From Bacteroides sp. (GTDB lineage: Bacteria; Bacteroidota; Bacteroidia; Bacteroidales; Bacteroidaceae), in the NCBI GenBank assembly GCA_021203405.1, contig JAJQBG010000302.1:7995-71994 (forward strand): a stretch of DNA of 64,000 bases, written 5' to 3'. This document shows positions 11,355 through 22,371 of the stretch, in pieces. Each line of letters opens with the position of its first letter. The stretch's first letter is position 1. A program made the translations under genes and the position numbers. Below the pieces are notes generated by a model. That model did not search any database. It had not been told where the DNA came from and saw nothing but the letters and a program-made list of their open reading frames with translations.

Positions 11355-13725
11355 TTATTTTTTAAGGCTTTATCTACCTTCAGGTCCGCCCCCGACCAAC
11401 CTTTTTGCAGGTCCAGTCTGCAGCGGGAGATGACCAGAGTTCATGGGTTTCGGGTAGTCCGAGAGCCACAAAAACCGCTGAGCACAAGTATAGACTACCA
11501 GTAGAGATATAACCCTCTCCGATATGAGGCTGATACCCGGCAAAGCCTACTCTGAGCCAACCTTCGGGATTGAATGTTCCGGGAGCACCGATCTGCCGGC
11601 CTATAACAGCAGTGAGTGCGCATCTTCCCTGTGCGGGGCTTACTCTATCCGGAAGGGCCTCCCTGTAGGCTACGTTGGACAAGGCGTGGAAGGCGCCGAA
11701 ACGGTATGCCAACGACCGGCCTACTATGGGATAGGTTCCTTCGGGAGAGATCAGTCTTTCCTGCTGTTCGGCGTAGCGTGCATATCGTTCGAGTTCAAGA
11801 TCGTAGGGTATGGAGCTTTCCAGTCCGTGTTTTTTCATGATCTCCAATACTTCGATCATCATCGGGTGAATGACGAAGCTATTGTAATAGTCCAGATGGA
11901 ACTCCGGCCCATCGCCATACCAGCCATCGCCTTTATACCACCCGGCAAAACGGTCACAGGCATACCTGACGCGGTCGGACTCCCACTGGCCACTGAACTC
12001 TTTCAGGGCAGCTTCAACCATGGCTGCGAAAAAGAGCCAGTTTGTTTCAGAGGGCTGAATAACCCGGGAGGATTGAAGTTCTTTAATAACCCGCTCCTGG
12101 GTGAGTTTATCTAATTTATCCCACAATTGCGTAGGTGCCCTTAATAAACCGTGTGCTAAAAAAGCTGCATCTACCAGTGGCTGGCGTCCTTTATTGAAAT
12201 TCAGGTAATCTGGCGAGGCAGGGTCTACTGCGTTTGTGATGGATTTCAGGGTCAGATCAATGTACTTTGCACGTAGTCTGCCTTCGATGGTATCATCAGG
12301 TCCCAGCTCCAGCCAGGGGGAGATACCGGTAACGAGGCGTCCTAAGGCTTCGAGATGGGTAACTTCTCTTCTTTTCTGCATATCCTCTGCAATGGATTCT
12401 ACCGGCATATTCTTCCGCAGTTCGCCTTTGGCCATATTGTTTAACAGGGGATAAGAAATGCGATGGAGAGCGCTTAGCCAGGCAGAACGATCTTCCTTTT
12501 CGGAGAAGGCGGTAATGGCTTCTACAACGGGGCGGCCTTCCAGCAGATTCTTATAACGGATCAAGGCTTCTACGAAATAATAATCAGCATAGGTAAGGGG
12601 GGCATCGATTTCGTATTGCTTGGCTACAAAGCCTGTACAGTGTTGCAGAATGAAGTGGTTATTGTCGCCCACTTTCCTGGCCCGGTATGCCGGGGAAGCC
12701 AGTGACCGGATCTGCTGTTCGCCGATAGTGAGGAATTGTTTACCCAGTTCACCGGATACATACGTACTTAGTTCTATATATGCAGAGGCCATGATGGCTC
12801 CGGCAGAAGCATCCCGGCCCTCGTTTGGAATACCCGGAGCATCAAAGTCCCAGTAAGGAATTTTATCTTTAGGCAGGCGCGGGTGATCCATCAGGTATGT
12901 ACCGATCTTGATAGCATGATCCAGATACTCTTTTTTTTCGGTTTGGCGATACATCATGGTGAAACCATACAAATCCCAGGCTTGTCCGCGTGACCAGGCA
13001 GATTCGTCATGCACCCCCTGATGGGTAACCTGGTTCAGTACATTGCCGTTAATGGTATCGTAGCTTACTACATGGTAGGAGCTACCGTCGGGACGGTAAT
13101 GATGGATCAGGGTACGGTCTGCATGCGACTTTGCTTTGTTGTAGTAAGAGTTATCCCCCGTCAGGGAAGAAGCCACTGTAAGCAACTCCAGATTCATCAT
13201 GTTATCAATGATCACGGAGAATTGCCATTTTTTATTATTCCAGGAGCGGGTACATCCTGTTACCGGGTGGAAATGGGTGGATAGAGACTTTGCAGCCGTT
13301 TCTATGATCTCCCGGTAAGTTTCGTTATGGGTGAGACGATATCCATTTCCAAAGCTGCAGTTGATCATAAAACCAACATCATGGTTGCTGGTGTTATATT
13401 TTTGTTCTTCTACCCGGGAGCTCATCTCTTCGGCAGCGGCTCTTATCTCCGGGTCATGGGTATACTCATAGCAATACCAGAGTGTACCGGGATAAAAACC
13501 ACTTGTCCACCAGGCAGATTCGCAGGTGATCATTTCACCATCTTTGGCCGACCGGGGCAGTATTCCTTTCTGAGGTTTCATCTCATTGAACATGGACATG
13601 GATTGTCTGACTGAAAAGTCGAGTGCATCATCCACTACTTTTTTCATTCCTTTGGATGCTGCCCACAGGGATGGCACGCAGCAAACCAGTAGTAGCAAAC
13701 AACTGATTAAAATTTTGTTTTTCAT
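11355..13725 (-). CDS. Fusion: GH88 unsaturated glucuronyl hydrolase (about aa 1-395) plus DUF2264/GH154 domain
   Basis: GH88 motifs WTSGFYPG, HDVGF, VIIDNMMNLE, WSRGQAW, PYWDF and YADYYFVEAL, then DUF2264 motifs THLEALGRL, QPLVDAAF and DYYNSFVIHP. The ORF track ends at 11380, but one extra A in the run at 11402-11406 gives KKGWSGADLKVDKALK, matching the paralogue's C-terminus. Confidence 0.87.
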
Positions 13726-13812
13726 TGTATCTATTTACGTTTATACTTATATGGCGTTCTTCTGCCTCTAAGTATAGCAAAGGACGGTGGATTCCTCTTT
13801 TGCTGATATCAC

Positions 13813-13841
13813 AAATGTTCTTTTGAGAATAAAAATTGTAC
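13813..13841 (-). promoter_or_regulatory. Candidate HTCS operator (direct repeat with 21-bp period) upstream of the PUL operon
   Basis: Minus strand reads GTACAATT-N13-GAACATTT, followed by a GTCCTTTG -7-like box near 13778-13785. Confidence 0.45.
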
Positions 13842-13860
13842 AACAATTCATTATTTAACG

Positions 13861-15162
13861 CTATTTTCTGATAGCATACGCTTCATACTGATCAATGACC
13901 GCGGATAAGGTATCATAAGCCTCTTTTTGTTCTTGTGTCATAGACTTCGGGACAATAGGATACTGTTCATCAAAATCGCTACACACGTCATAAAACTCTC
14001 CCGAACGGTATAGTTTGTACTGATGCGTACGTGCAAAAACGGTTGCTTTTTCAGGATCGACCTGCTGAGGCGCATACCAGCAATAGATCCACTCTCTCAC
14101 AGGGGTGTTTTTTCCTGTCAGTTGTGGATAGAAACTTATCCCATCCAACCCTGAAAGAGATTGTGTATCCACCTTTGCCACCTCACACAAGGTTGGCAGG
14201 AAATCTGTAAAATCGATTAAGTTGCTGTTCACCTTACCCGGCTCTCCATCGGGATAATAAACGATTAACGGAACGTGTGTGCCCGAATCACTGGTCTTTC
14301 CCTTGCCACCCACATAGGGTTTTCCATGCAGGGAAGAGACGATGGAAGTAGCGGTGCCGTTGTCTCCGGTAAAGATCACCAACGTATTCTCCTTTACATT
14401 CGACCTTTCTAATTCATCCATAATGCGTCCCACCAGTTTATCTGTGTATTTCACCATATCAGGAAAATGCATAGGATCTCCTCTGTAAGTAGCCGACCGT
14501 ACCGGTGACCACTCTTTGGAATCAGGTGTGGATACAAAAGGCGAATGTGTTAAGGCCATCGGATAATAGACAAAGAAAGGGCCTGCCTTATTTTCGCGAA
14601 TAAAATCCAGTATAAAATCACAGTAGATATCGGGGCTGAATGCTTCCCGGGAAAAATAAACGGTTTCTCCATTTATATCTGCTATCGGGTGGGCATACCT
14701 GGTATCCCATCTCTCCAGGTCTACAGCCTTTTGGGTGTGTTGCCACAGACAAGAGCTGTCAAAGCCAAAATGCATCGGTGAATCTTTCTCTGCACCCAAT
14801 TGCCATTTGCCTGCAACACAGGTTGCATAACCCGACTCTTTTAATAAATTGGCAAATGTAATCTCCTGGCGGTCCAGCCGGGCAAAAGCGGTGTAATTGC
14901 GTACGTTATACTTTCCGGTCATAAGTTGTACACGGCTTGGAGTGCTTAACGGATTGGAATGGCAATGTTCAAACCGCATACCCTCCCGGGCCAGTTTATC
15001 AAGGTTGGGAGTTACATAATCGCTGCCATTCGCACCCACACACTCATATCCGAGATCATCCGCCAGGATCAATACGATATTCATCCGATGCTCCGGATGG
15101 GATGCATGCATAAAACTACTGCCTGTACATAAGACGGGAAGAGAAAATAACAGGTGTTTCAT
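13861..15162 (-). CDS. Ser-type S1 sulfatase
   Basis: NIVLILADDLG, STPSRVQLMTG, GKWQL, FTGDNGT, GTHVPLI and IDFTDFLPT. Confidence 0.9.
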   Translation of the reverse strand: MKHLLFSLPVLCTGSSFMHASHPEHRMNIVLILADDLGYECVGANGSDYVTPNLDKLAREGMRFEHCHSNPLSTPSRVQLMTGKYNVRNYTAFARLDRQEITFANLLKESGYATCVAGKWQLGAEKDSPMHFGFDSSCLWQHTQKAVDLERWDTRYAHPIADINGETVYFSREAFSPDIYCDFILDFIRENKAGPFFVYYPMALTHSPFVSTPDSKEWSPVRSATYRGDPMHFPDMVKYTDKLVGRIMDELERSNVKENTLVIFTGDNGTATSIVSSLHGKPYVGGKGKTSDSGTHVPLIVYYPDGEPGKVNSNLIDFTDFLPTLCEVAKVDTQSLSGLDGISFYPQLTGKNTPVREWIYCWYAPQQVDPEKATVFARTHQYKLYRSGEFYDVCSDFDEQYPIVPKSMTQEQKEAYDTLSAVIDQYEAYAIRK

Positions 15163-15318
15163 AGTTTGATACTGGTTTTAAATGAGTAAACAAATATGCC
15201 TGCTTATAAAAAAAGTATATCACACTCTTTCTTTTATAAAGCAACATTATACGGGTGGGGAAGATCTGATTCGTTTGTCTATCCGATGGGAAGGAGATAC
15301 TGTTCTCATACAACCCAT

Positions 15319-18300
15319 CTATTTTCTTTCACTTTTCTGATACTGAGCGGGAGTTATTCCGAACAACCCTCTGAAACACTTGATAAAATAGCTCGGAGAG
15401 TTGAAACCAACTTCATACGCTATTTCCGAGACCGTTCTGGTATCCACCTGTTTTAAAAGCATTTGTGCTTTCTTGAGCCGGATATTCAGAATAAACTCGT
15501 TCGGGCTTTGCCCTGTGATCCCTTTAATTTTCAAAAAAAGTTTAGTACGACCGGCGTTCATAGCCTGGGCAAACCGATTCACATCAAAGTCCGGATTGTC
15601 CAGATTTTGTTCGACACATGCAATGCATTGCTCCATAAACTGCTGGTCCGCGCCATTGGTGGCTAACAGGTCTACACTGCTATCTGTCTGTTTGGCATAT
15701 TTCTGCTGCAAGAGTTTCCTGCTGTTAACCAGGTTGTTGCAACGCATGAAGAGATGTTTCACATTAAAAGGTTTAGTCACATAATCATCTGCCCCCATTT
15801 TTAATCCCTGCATGGTGTACTCTTCGGCCGTCTGTGCCGTAAGCAATATTACGGGGATATGAGAGGTATCGAAATTGTTTTTTATCTTCCGGCACATTTC
15901 TATCCCGGACATGCCCGGCATCATAATATCACTCAGTACGATATCGGGCTGTATCTCCTGGGTCTTTATCAAGCCCTCCTGGCCGTCCTGTGCCTGAAAG
16001 ACAGTATATATTCTGGAGAATAACCGGGCCAGTAAACTTCGTAGTTCTTCATTATCTTCCACGATCAGCATTCTGGTCTTCTCTTCTTTCGGTTCAGCCG
16101 GGTGATTCTCCTCTTCCATTCCATCAGCCGGTATTCTGCTGCTATACAGGGTCAATTCCGAAATGCACGATGAATCAATATTGGGAGTCGCCACTTTTTG
16201 GGAGTCGCAAATATGGCTGTCTCCCAACGGTAATTCAACCGAAAAGGTGGTTCCTTCTCCTTCCATACTCCGGACACTCACTTTCCCCTGGTGAGATTCA
16301 ATAATGCTTCTGGCAAGGGCCAACCCTATTCCTGTACCTTTGGAGTTGTCTAGGTTGTCAACCTGGTAAAAACGGTCGAATACCTTATCCAGGCTTTTTT
16401 CGGTAATGCCAACCCCCGTATCCGAGACAAGGATCATTACCCTATTCTCATACTCCTGTACCGACAACAAAACTGTTCCACCCGCGGGAGTATATTTAAA
16501 CGCGTTGGAAAGTAAATTATAAACTACCTTTTCCAGTTGTACTACGTCAAACCAAACCTCCAGGTTCTTCTCCTTATCAAGGAACTTAAAATTTATTTGC
16601 CGGGCACGGGCATACTCCCTGAAAGATAGATAAATCTCCTCCAGGAAGGGATACAGATCCTGATTACTGTACCTGAGCTTCTCAAAACCCTGTTCTTGTT
16701 TCCTAAAGTCAAGCAGCTCCGTGATCAGGCGTTTCATATGCAGCGTATTCCTGTGGAGATTCACCAGCTTGCTGTATACCAGGGGTTGAATGTCATTTCT
16801 TTCCATTAATATTTCCAACTGACTTACGATCAGAGTTAACGGGGTACGGAATTCATGGGATATATTGGTAAAAAAACGCAATTTGGAATGATTCAGTTCT
16901 TCTATTTGTTTTTTCTCTTTCTTCTCATATTCAAGGGAGGCCCTCAACTTTAGCTTAGAAGAATAAAAACTGATCACCAGATATACAGATACAATACCGA
17001 TCATTACATAGAGGCACCAGGCCCAGGCCGACTTGTAGAAAGGGGGCTTGACCAGAATATCGATCTCTTTGCTGATGCTTTCCTTATCGGAGTATTCTTC
17101 CGAACTCCTGATCATCAGTTTGTATTTACCCGGATTCAGATTGGTATAGGTAATGCTTTTGCGATAGCCCGCAGGGATCCACTCTTTATCAAACCCTTCC
17201 AGCTTATAATAGATCCGGTTTTTCAGCACTGATACATAATTGGACAGTGAGAAATGAATGGTAAAGATGGAATGGTTATGGTTCAGCGTGATGGGAGGTT
17301 GATACAGGATAGACTCCGAAAGAATACCGGAATCATCGTTCGGTACTATCAGTTTATTGTTCACCTCCAGGGAAGTAAAATTAAGCTGATAGGGTTTTAC
17401 ATACGAATTCAACTCTTTCTCGAAGAAAGAGATCATCATCTTGGGCCCGGAGAGGAATATCTTGTTATCGCCGGCAACAAATAATCCGTAAGAGTTCAAA
17501 GCCGTCATCGGAAAACCATTCTGTTTGTTGTAATTATAAAAACGCTGGTTCTCCATATCAAACCGAGAGAAACCCTGGTTGCTGGCTATCAGAAGATAAC
17601 CGGAAAGGGACTCATTTATATCCAGTATATAGTCGTTGATCAGATCTGAATTGCGCTGGTTAAAACCCCGGAAGGTATTGGTTTGCGGTTCGTACAGGAA
17701 TATACCGTCTCCCGAAGAGCCTGCCCAGATATTTCCTCTTTTATCTTCAAAGAGCACATTGATCAGGTTGCTGCCTGTAACCTGTTCTGAAGTATTGGGA
17801 ACAAAATATTCGTCTTGTTCCCCGGTTCGGAGATTATACCGGATCAGGCCCAGGGAGAAGGAGAACCACAGATTATCACTTCTGTCCATAAGCATATCAA
17901 TGATCTGCCTGTTATTGAATTTCGGGTCTGTGAGTACCTTCGTACATGTTCCGGTCCCGGGATCAAACAACCCTATTCCGTTGTGGGTAGCCAGCAGTAG
18001 GTTCCCTTTATAGGGAAGGATCTTCCGGATAATATTATTGATCAATGAATGCTTCTGTCCGGGGGTATATCTGTAATTGGTAAATGTATGTGTGCTGAGA
18101 TCCAGCTTGTCCAACCCTCCTTTTAATGACCCTATCCAAAGGGTCTGCTCTTTTTCATCCAGATGCAAAGCCTGAACGGTATTGGAGGTGAGAGAATTCT
18201 TCGTACCGTCGTGTCTGTATGCATGGAAAGTTCTTGTTTTTCTATCCAGATAATTCACACCTCCACCTTCGGTAGCGATCCAGATACCCCCTTTGGAGTC

Positions 18301-19319
18301 TTCTTTCATCCTTCCGGCAAAGGGAGAGGTTGACTTTCCTTTTTCTGATTCATCCGGATAATAATACCGGTATATTTCATATTCCGGATTAAACAAATTC
18401 ACACCCCCATAATAGGTACCGATCCAGAAAGTACCCTGCTGGTCTTTCATCATACAAATGATAGAAGAGTTACTCAGGCTATAGGTTTTGTTATCTTCAC
18501 TGTAATGGGTAAATGTATGGGTCGTAACATCCAGTATATCCAACCCTTTGAAAGTACCGATCCAGTAATTACCCAGGTTGTCCTCGGTTATACATCGCAC
18601 ATAATTACTGGAAAGTTTATTCTTATAAGGCAGGTTTATCATCTCTTTACCGTTCCTGCCTAACCGGAAGAGCCCGTCATCCTTGGTTCCTACCCAGATA
18701 TTTTTCTTCGAATCTTCGTAGATACAGCTTATATCTTTTTCAGGAAGGTAATTCAGCCACTTCTTATTGCTGTCTATGATGTATAAACCGTTATTCATGG
18801 TCCCTACGTACAAATTTCCTTCCTAGTCTTCAGTTATGCAGGAAATACGCACGTTTTCCAGGTTATAGTAATACTCCAGTTCCTCTTTCTCCCGGTTGTA
18901 GGTAAATAAGGAATCTCTGGTACACACCCATAACCGGTTGTTACTGTAATCAATAGCCTGGATGTTATTATTGCGGATGGTGTGGAAAACATTCCTTTTT
19001 ATATCGTATTTAACCACAGCATATTTGCAGCGGATATAGATATGGCCGTTCTTATCACCACAAATTGTGCCGATGTTATTATTGTACAAACTGTTCTTAT
19101 CGTTCTTATGGGACGGAATATCTGGAAATCAGTACCGTTATAACGATTTAAACCATCTTTGGTCCCTATCCATATAATGCCGAACTCATCCTGATAAATG
19201 GATGTAACGGTGGGTTGTGAAATTCCATTCTCCACACCAATTGCCTGGAAGTGTATGTTCTGTCCAAACGAAAAGATAGAAATAAAGAATAGAAGAAACG
19301 GAAAAGACTTCTTATCCAT
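15319..19319 (-). CDS. Hybrid two-component system (beta-propeller sensor, Y_Y_Y, TM, HisKA, HATPase, REC, AraC), with one frameshift and one in-frame TAG
   Basis: Repeated IWIGT/EDxxGNxW; FFTNISHEFRTPL; NLLSNAFKYT; GTGIGLA; SDIMMP; GFNSPSYF. N-terminal pieces at 18999-19319 and 18823-19089 join through a frameshift near 19108 and CITED*EGNLYVGT (TAG at 18823-18825). Confidence 0.9.
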
Positions 19320-19853
19320 AGTACAGGCTCCTTGAATGCAAAAGCAATATATAATTATTTCAGAAGTAAATCAAGCAAAATCATAGATTTAACTAAGTTT
19401 CTCCTGTAGCTGTCGGTATATCACAAAAATAAGGAAGAGGTGTAACTATGCATATAAAAAATGAACGGTTGTATGCTAATATTGTACGCAACCCGACTTC
19501 GTTCCGTGTAAAAAGTAAGATTCAGCTGACTACAAACAATCTCTTTACTCCCAGGGAGTCTGATAGATATCACTGTATTCGTTTACCTCAATTACTTCAA
19601 ATCCGATTTTTTCGAAAAAATATTTTTTTCCTTTGTACCTTTCGTCCGGCAGGGAGGGTTTCTTTACTACATACCAGCCTTTTCTTTTTCTATCGGGGAA
19701 TTTCCGGAAATATTTGGCCCGTTCTATCAGAAGCCATCTGAGGAGTTACCTGATTGGGGAAAAACAGAGGAAAAGCCGGCATTCTTGTTTTTGGGTAGAG
19801 AGAAAACCCGGAAATTCCTTATCTTTATCTCCCGAAATTAATCCTATGTAAAA

Positions 19854-21212
19854 ATGACTCAAACTCAGATCAAACAAACCCTCAGGGACTCAAAAGCGGC
19901 ACGCTGGAGTGTACTGGCACTGGTATCTTTTACGATGTTGTGCGGATATTTCCTAACGGATATAATGGCTCCCATGAAAAATATGCTGGAAGAGATATTG
20001 GGATGGAGCAGTGTGGAATATGGGCTCTTTACCAGTGCTTACGGTTGGTTCAATATTTTCCTTGGTATGCTTATTATCGGAGGCATTATCCTGGATAAAC
20101 TGGGCCCCCGTTTTACAGGGATCCTATCTGTCGGTTTTATGATTGCAGGGTGTGCCCTGAAATATTATGCGGTTGCGGGATTTATAGATCCGGAGGCGAT
20201 ACTCTGGAAATGGAAATTACAGGTGATCGTAGCGGCTGTAGGATTTGCTATCTTCGGAGTGGGGATAGAGACTGCGGGAATTACGGTTACCAAAGTGATC
20301 GCGCGCTGGTTCAAAGGGAAAGAGATCGCACTGGCTATGGGACTCCAGGTGGCTGTGGCCCGGCTGGGCACCGGACTTGCCCTGAGTACGACCATCCCCA
20401 TAGCGATACGGTTCAGCCTGAGCACTCCGGTCCTGTTGGGGCTGATCTTGCTTTGTATCGGACTATTAGCCTACCTGGTGTTTTGTGTAATGGATAAGAA
20501 ACTGGACAAATCGCTGGAAGCTAACCTGTATGAGCCGGAAGAACCATTCCGGTTATCGGATATCGGGATCATCCTGAAGAACAGGGGGTTCTGGTTGATC
20601 GCTATCCTGTGTGTCCTTTTTTATTCGGCTGTATTTCCTTTCCTGAAATATGCTACGGAGTTGATGATCCATAAATACCGGGTTGATCCGGAACTGGCAG
20701 GTATTATTCCTGCGATCCTACCTTTTGGTGCGATCCTGCTTACTCCTGTTTTTGGAAGTATATACGACCGGAAGGGAAAAGGGGCTACTATTATGGTCTA
20801 TGGTTCGGTGATGCTGATCGGGGTACACCTGCTGTTCACCCTTCCTTTTCTTAACTACTGGTGGTTTGCCGGCATCGTTATGCTGGTACTGGGAGTAGCC
20901 TTTTCACTGGTACCCTCGGCTATGTGGCCTTCTGTGCCTAAGATCATTCCGGAAAGGCAACTGGGAAGTGCGTACGCGCTCATCTTCTATATACAGAACA
21001 TTGGTCTGTCGATGGTGCCGCTACTGATTGGCTTTGTACTGGATAACTATTGTAAACTGGATAGCGCCGGGGGTAGAACAACGTATGATTATACACTACC
21101 TATGGCTATCTTTACCCTGTTTGGTCTGCTGGCACTGGGTGTAGCACTGTTATTGAAAGCAGAAGATCGTAAAAAAGGGTATGGACTCGAAGAGGCTAAT
21201 ATAAAAAAGTAG
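19854..21212 (+). CDS. MFS transporter (MFSD1-like Bacteroidota family)
   Basis: About 12 hydrophobic segments; motif-A-like GGIILDKLGPR and GSIYDRKGKG; WFKGKEIALAMG. Confidence 0.8.
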   Translation: MTQTQIKQTLRDSKAARWSVLALVSFTMLCGYFLTDIMAPMKNMLEEILGWSSVEYGLFTSAYGWFNIFLGMLIIGGIILDKLGPRFTGILSVGFMIAGCALKYYAVAGFIDPEAILWKWKLQVIVAAVGFAIFGVGIETAGITVTKVIARWFKGKEIALAMGLQVAVARLGTGLALSTTIPIAIRFSLSTPVLLGLILLCIGLLAYLVFCVMDKKLDKSLEANLYEPEEPFRLSDIGIILKNRGFWLIAILCVLFYSAVFPFLKYATELMIHKYRVDPELAGIIPAILPFGAILLTPVFGSIYDRKGKGATIMVYGSVMLIGVHLLFTLPFLNYWWFAGIVMLVLGVAFSLVPSAMWPSVPKIIPERQLGSAYALIFYIQNIGLSMVPLLIGFVLDNYCKLDSAGGRTTYDYTLPMAIFTLFGLLALGVALLLKAEDRKKGYGLEEANIKK

Positions 21213-21214
21213 AA

Positions 21215-21559
21215 ATGGAGAAACAACACCAGGTGAGTATATCAGAGGTGGTCCCTGTTCCTTCGGAGAGGGTTAATTCTTCCCGGAACGGGGAGTTAAT
21301 TGTAGTAACGCTGCCCCGTATCCGGGGAAAGTGGGCCCGGAAAATAGTAGCTCCGATACTTCCTGTGGATAAGGTGTTCCGTTTGGAAGAGCACGGGAGT
21401 GCGGTTTGGGAATTAATAGACGGCAGGCGGAGTGTGAAAGAGATCCTCTCTTTGCTGGAGTCTCATTTTAAGGGTGAAAAGGATTATGAGGTACGGGTGA
21501 TCACTTATATAAGCCGGTTGCACAAAGATGGACTTATTAACTATACCATTCCCCGCTGA
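21215..21559 (+). CDS. PqqD-family / RRE-like winged-helix protein
   Basis: LEEHGSAVWELIDGRRSVKEILSLL...ISRLHKDGLI fits the PqqD pattern; starts 2 bp after the MFS stop. Confidence 0.7.
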   Translation: MEKQHQVSISEVVPVPSERVNSSRNGELIVVTLPRIRGKWARKIVAPILPVDKVFRLEEHGSAVWELIDGRRSVKEILSLLESHFKGEKDYEVRVITYISRLHKDGLINYTIPR

Positions 21560-22371
21560 TCAGGCAGAGATGCCTGTTTGCCTCTACCTCTACAGAAGGG
21601 ATTGCAAACAGAAGTTACCCCCCCTGCCATCAGCCACTCTTTAAACTCAGCAGCCTTGTTCTTACTGATATAGATCCATTCGGGTGTTTCCACACTCAGT
21701 GTGATCAGTAACCGGCGGTCAAACCAGATAGTGATGTTCTTTACATGCTCCCTGGAAACAATGAACTGTTTATTGGCCCGGAAAAAGAGCCCGGGGTCGA
21801 GATGCTGGCTGGTAGAATCCAGTGTTTTATTATAGGGGAATTTTTTTTCTTCTGCCGTACAAAGGGAGGTTTGGTGATCTGAGGTATAGAAGTAGGCTAT
21901 ATCTTTTACGGAGACGGGAATAAGATTATCCCGGTGGGCTACCAGCAGTTTGCGGTAATATCCTCCCGGCAAAGCCGTCCGTGCCTGCTGTTCTATATAT
22001 TCACTTTTTTCGGAGGTGGTAAGCCTGCGAAACTTTTCTATGGCCCGCCTCAGGTCCTTCTCTTCTACCGGTTTCAGCAGATAGTCAATACTGTTTACCT
22101 TAAAAGCACTGATCGCATACTCATCATAGGCTGTGGTAAAGATAATGGGGGTCTCTACCGTAACCAGGTCAAACACAGAGAAGGCGGATCCGTCGGAAAG
22201 GTGAATATCCATAAAGATAAGGTCGGGAGCGGGATTGTTCTGCAACCATTTTACAGTCTGGGATATGCTCTCAGTGACTGCCACGATCCGGGTATCCGGA
22301 TCCACTTTTACGATCAGTTCACTCAGGTATTCATAGGCAATGGTTTCATCTTCAACGATCAACACCTTCAT
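21541..22371 (-). CDS. LytTR-family response regulator
   Basis: IVEDE, DLIFMDIHLSDG, FTTAYDEYA, DYLLKP and FFRANKQFIV. The true stop is probably near 21615, with an extra base in the C7 run at 21618-21624. Confidence 0.92.
   Translation of the reverse strand: MKVLIVEDETIAYEYLSELIVKVDPDTRIVAVTESISQTVKWLQNNPAPDLIFMDIHLSDGSAFSVFDLVTVETPIIFTTAYDEYAISAFKVNSIDYLLKPVEEKDLRRAIEKFRRLTTSEKSEYIEQQARTALPGGYYRKLLVAHRDNLIPVSVKDIAYFYTSDHQTSLCTAEEKKFPYNKTLDSTSQHLDPGLFFRANKQFIVSREHVKNITIWFDRRLLITLSVETPEWIYISKNKAAEFKEWLMAGGVTSVCNPFCRGRGKQASLPDQRGMV

Noticed and set aside
19448-19851. Short ORFs in the HTCS-MFS intergenic region
   Set aside because: Low-complexity, AT-rich and overlapping translations with no recognisable features; more likely promoter DNA.
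21215-21559. RiPP or PQQ biosynthetic cluster
   Set aside because: No precursor peptide, radical SAM enzyme, lasso cyclase or other pqq gene is nearby.
21541-21617. Extended LytTR C-terminus overlapping the PqqD-like gene
   Set aside because: Removing one base from the C7 run gives a normal stop near 21615.
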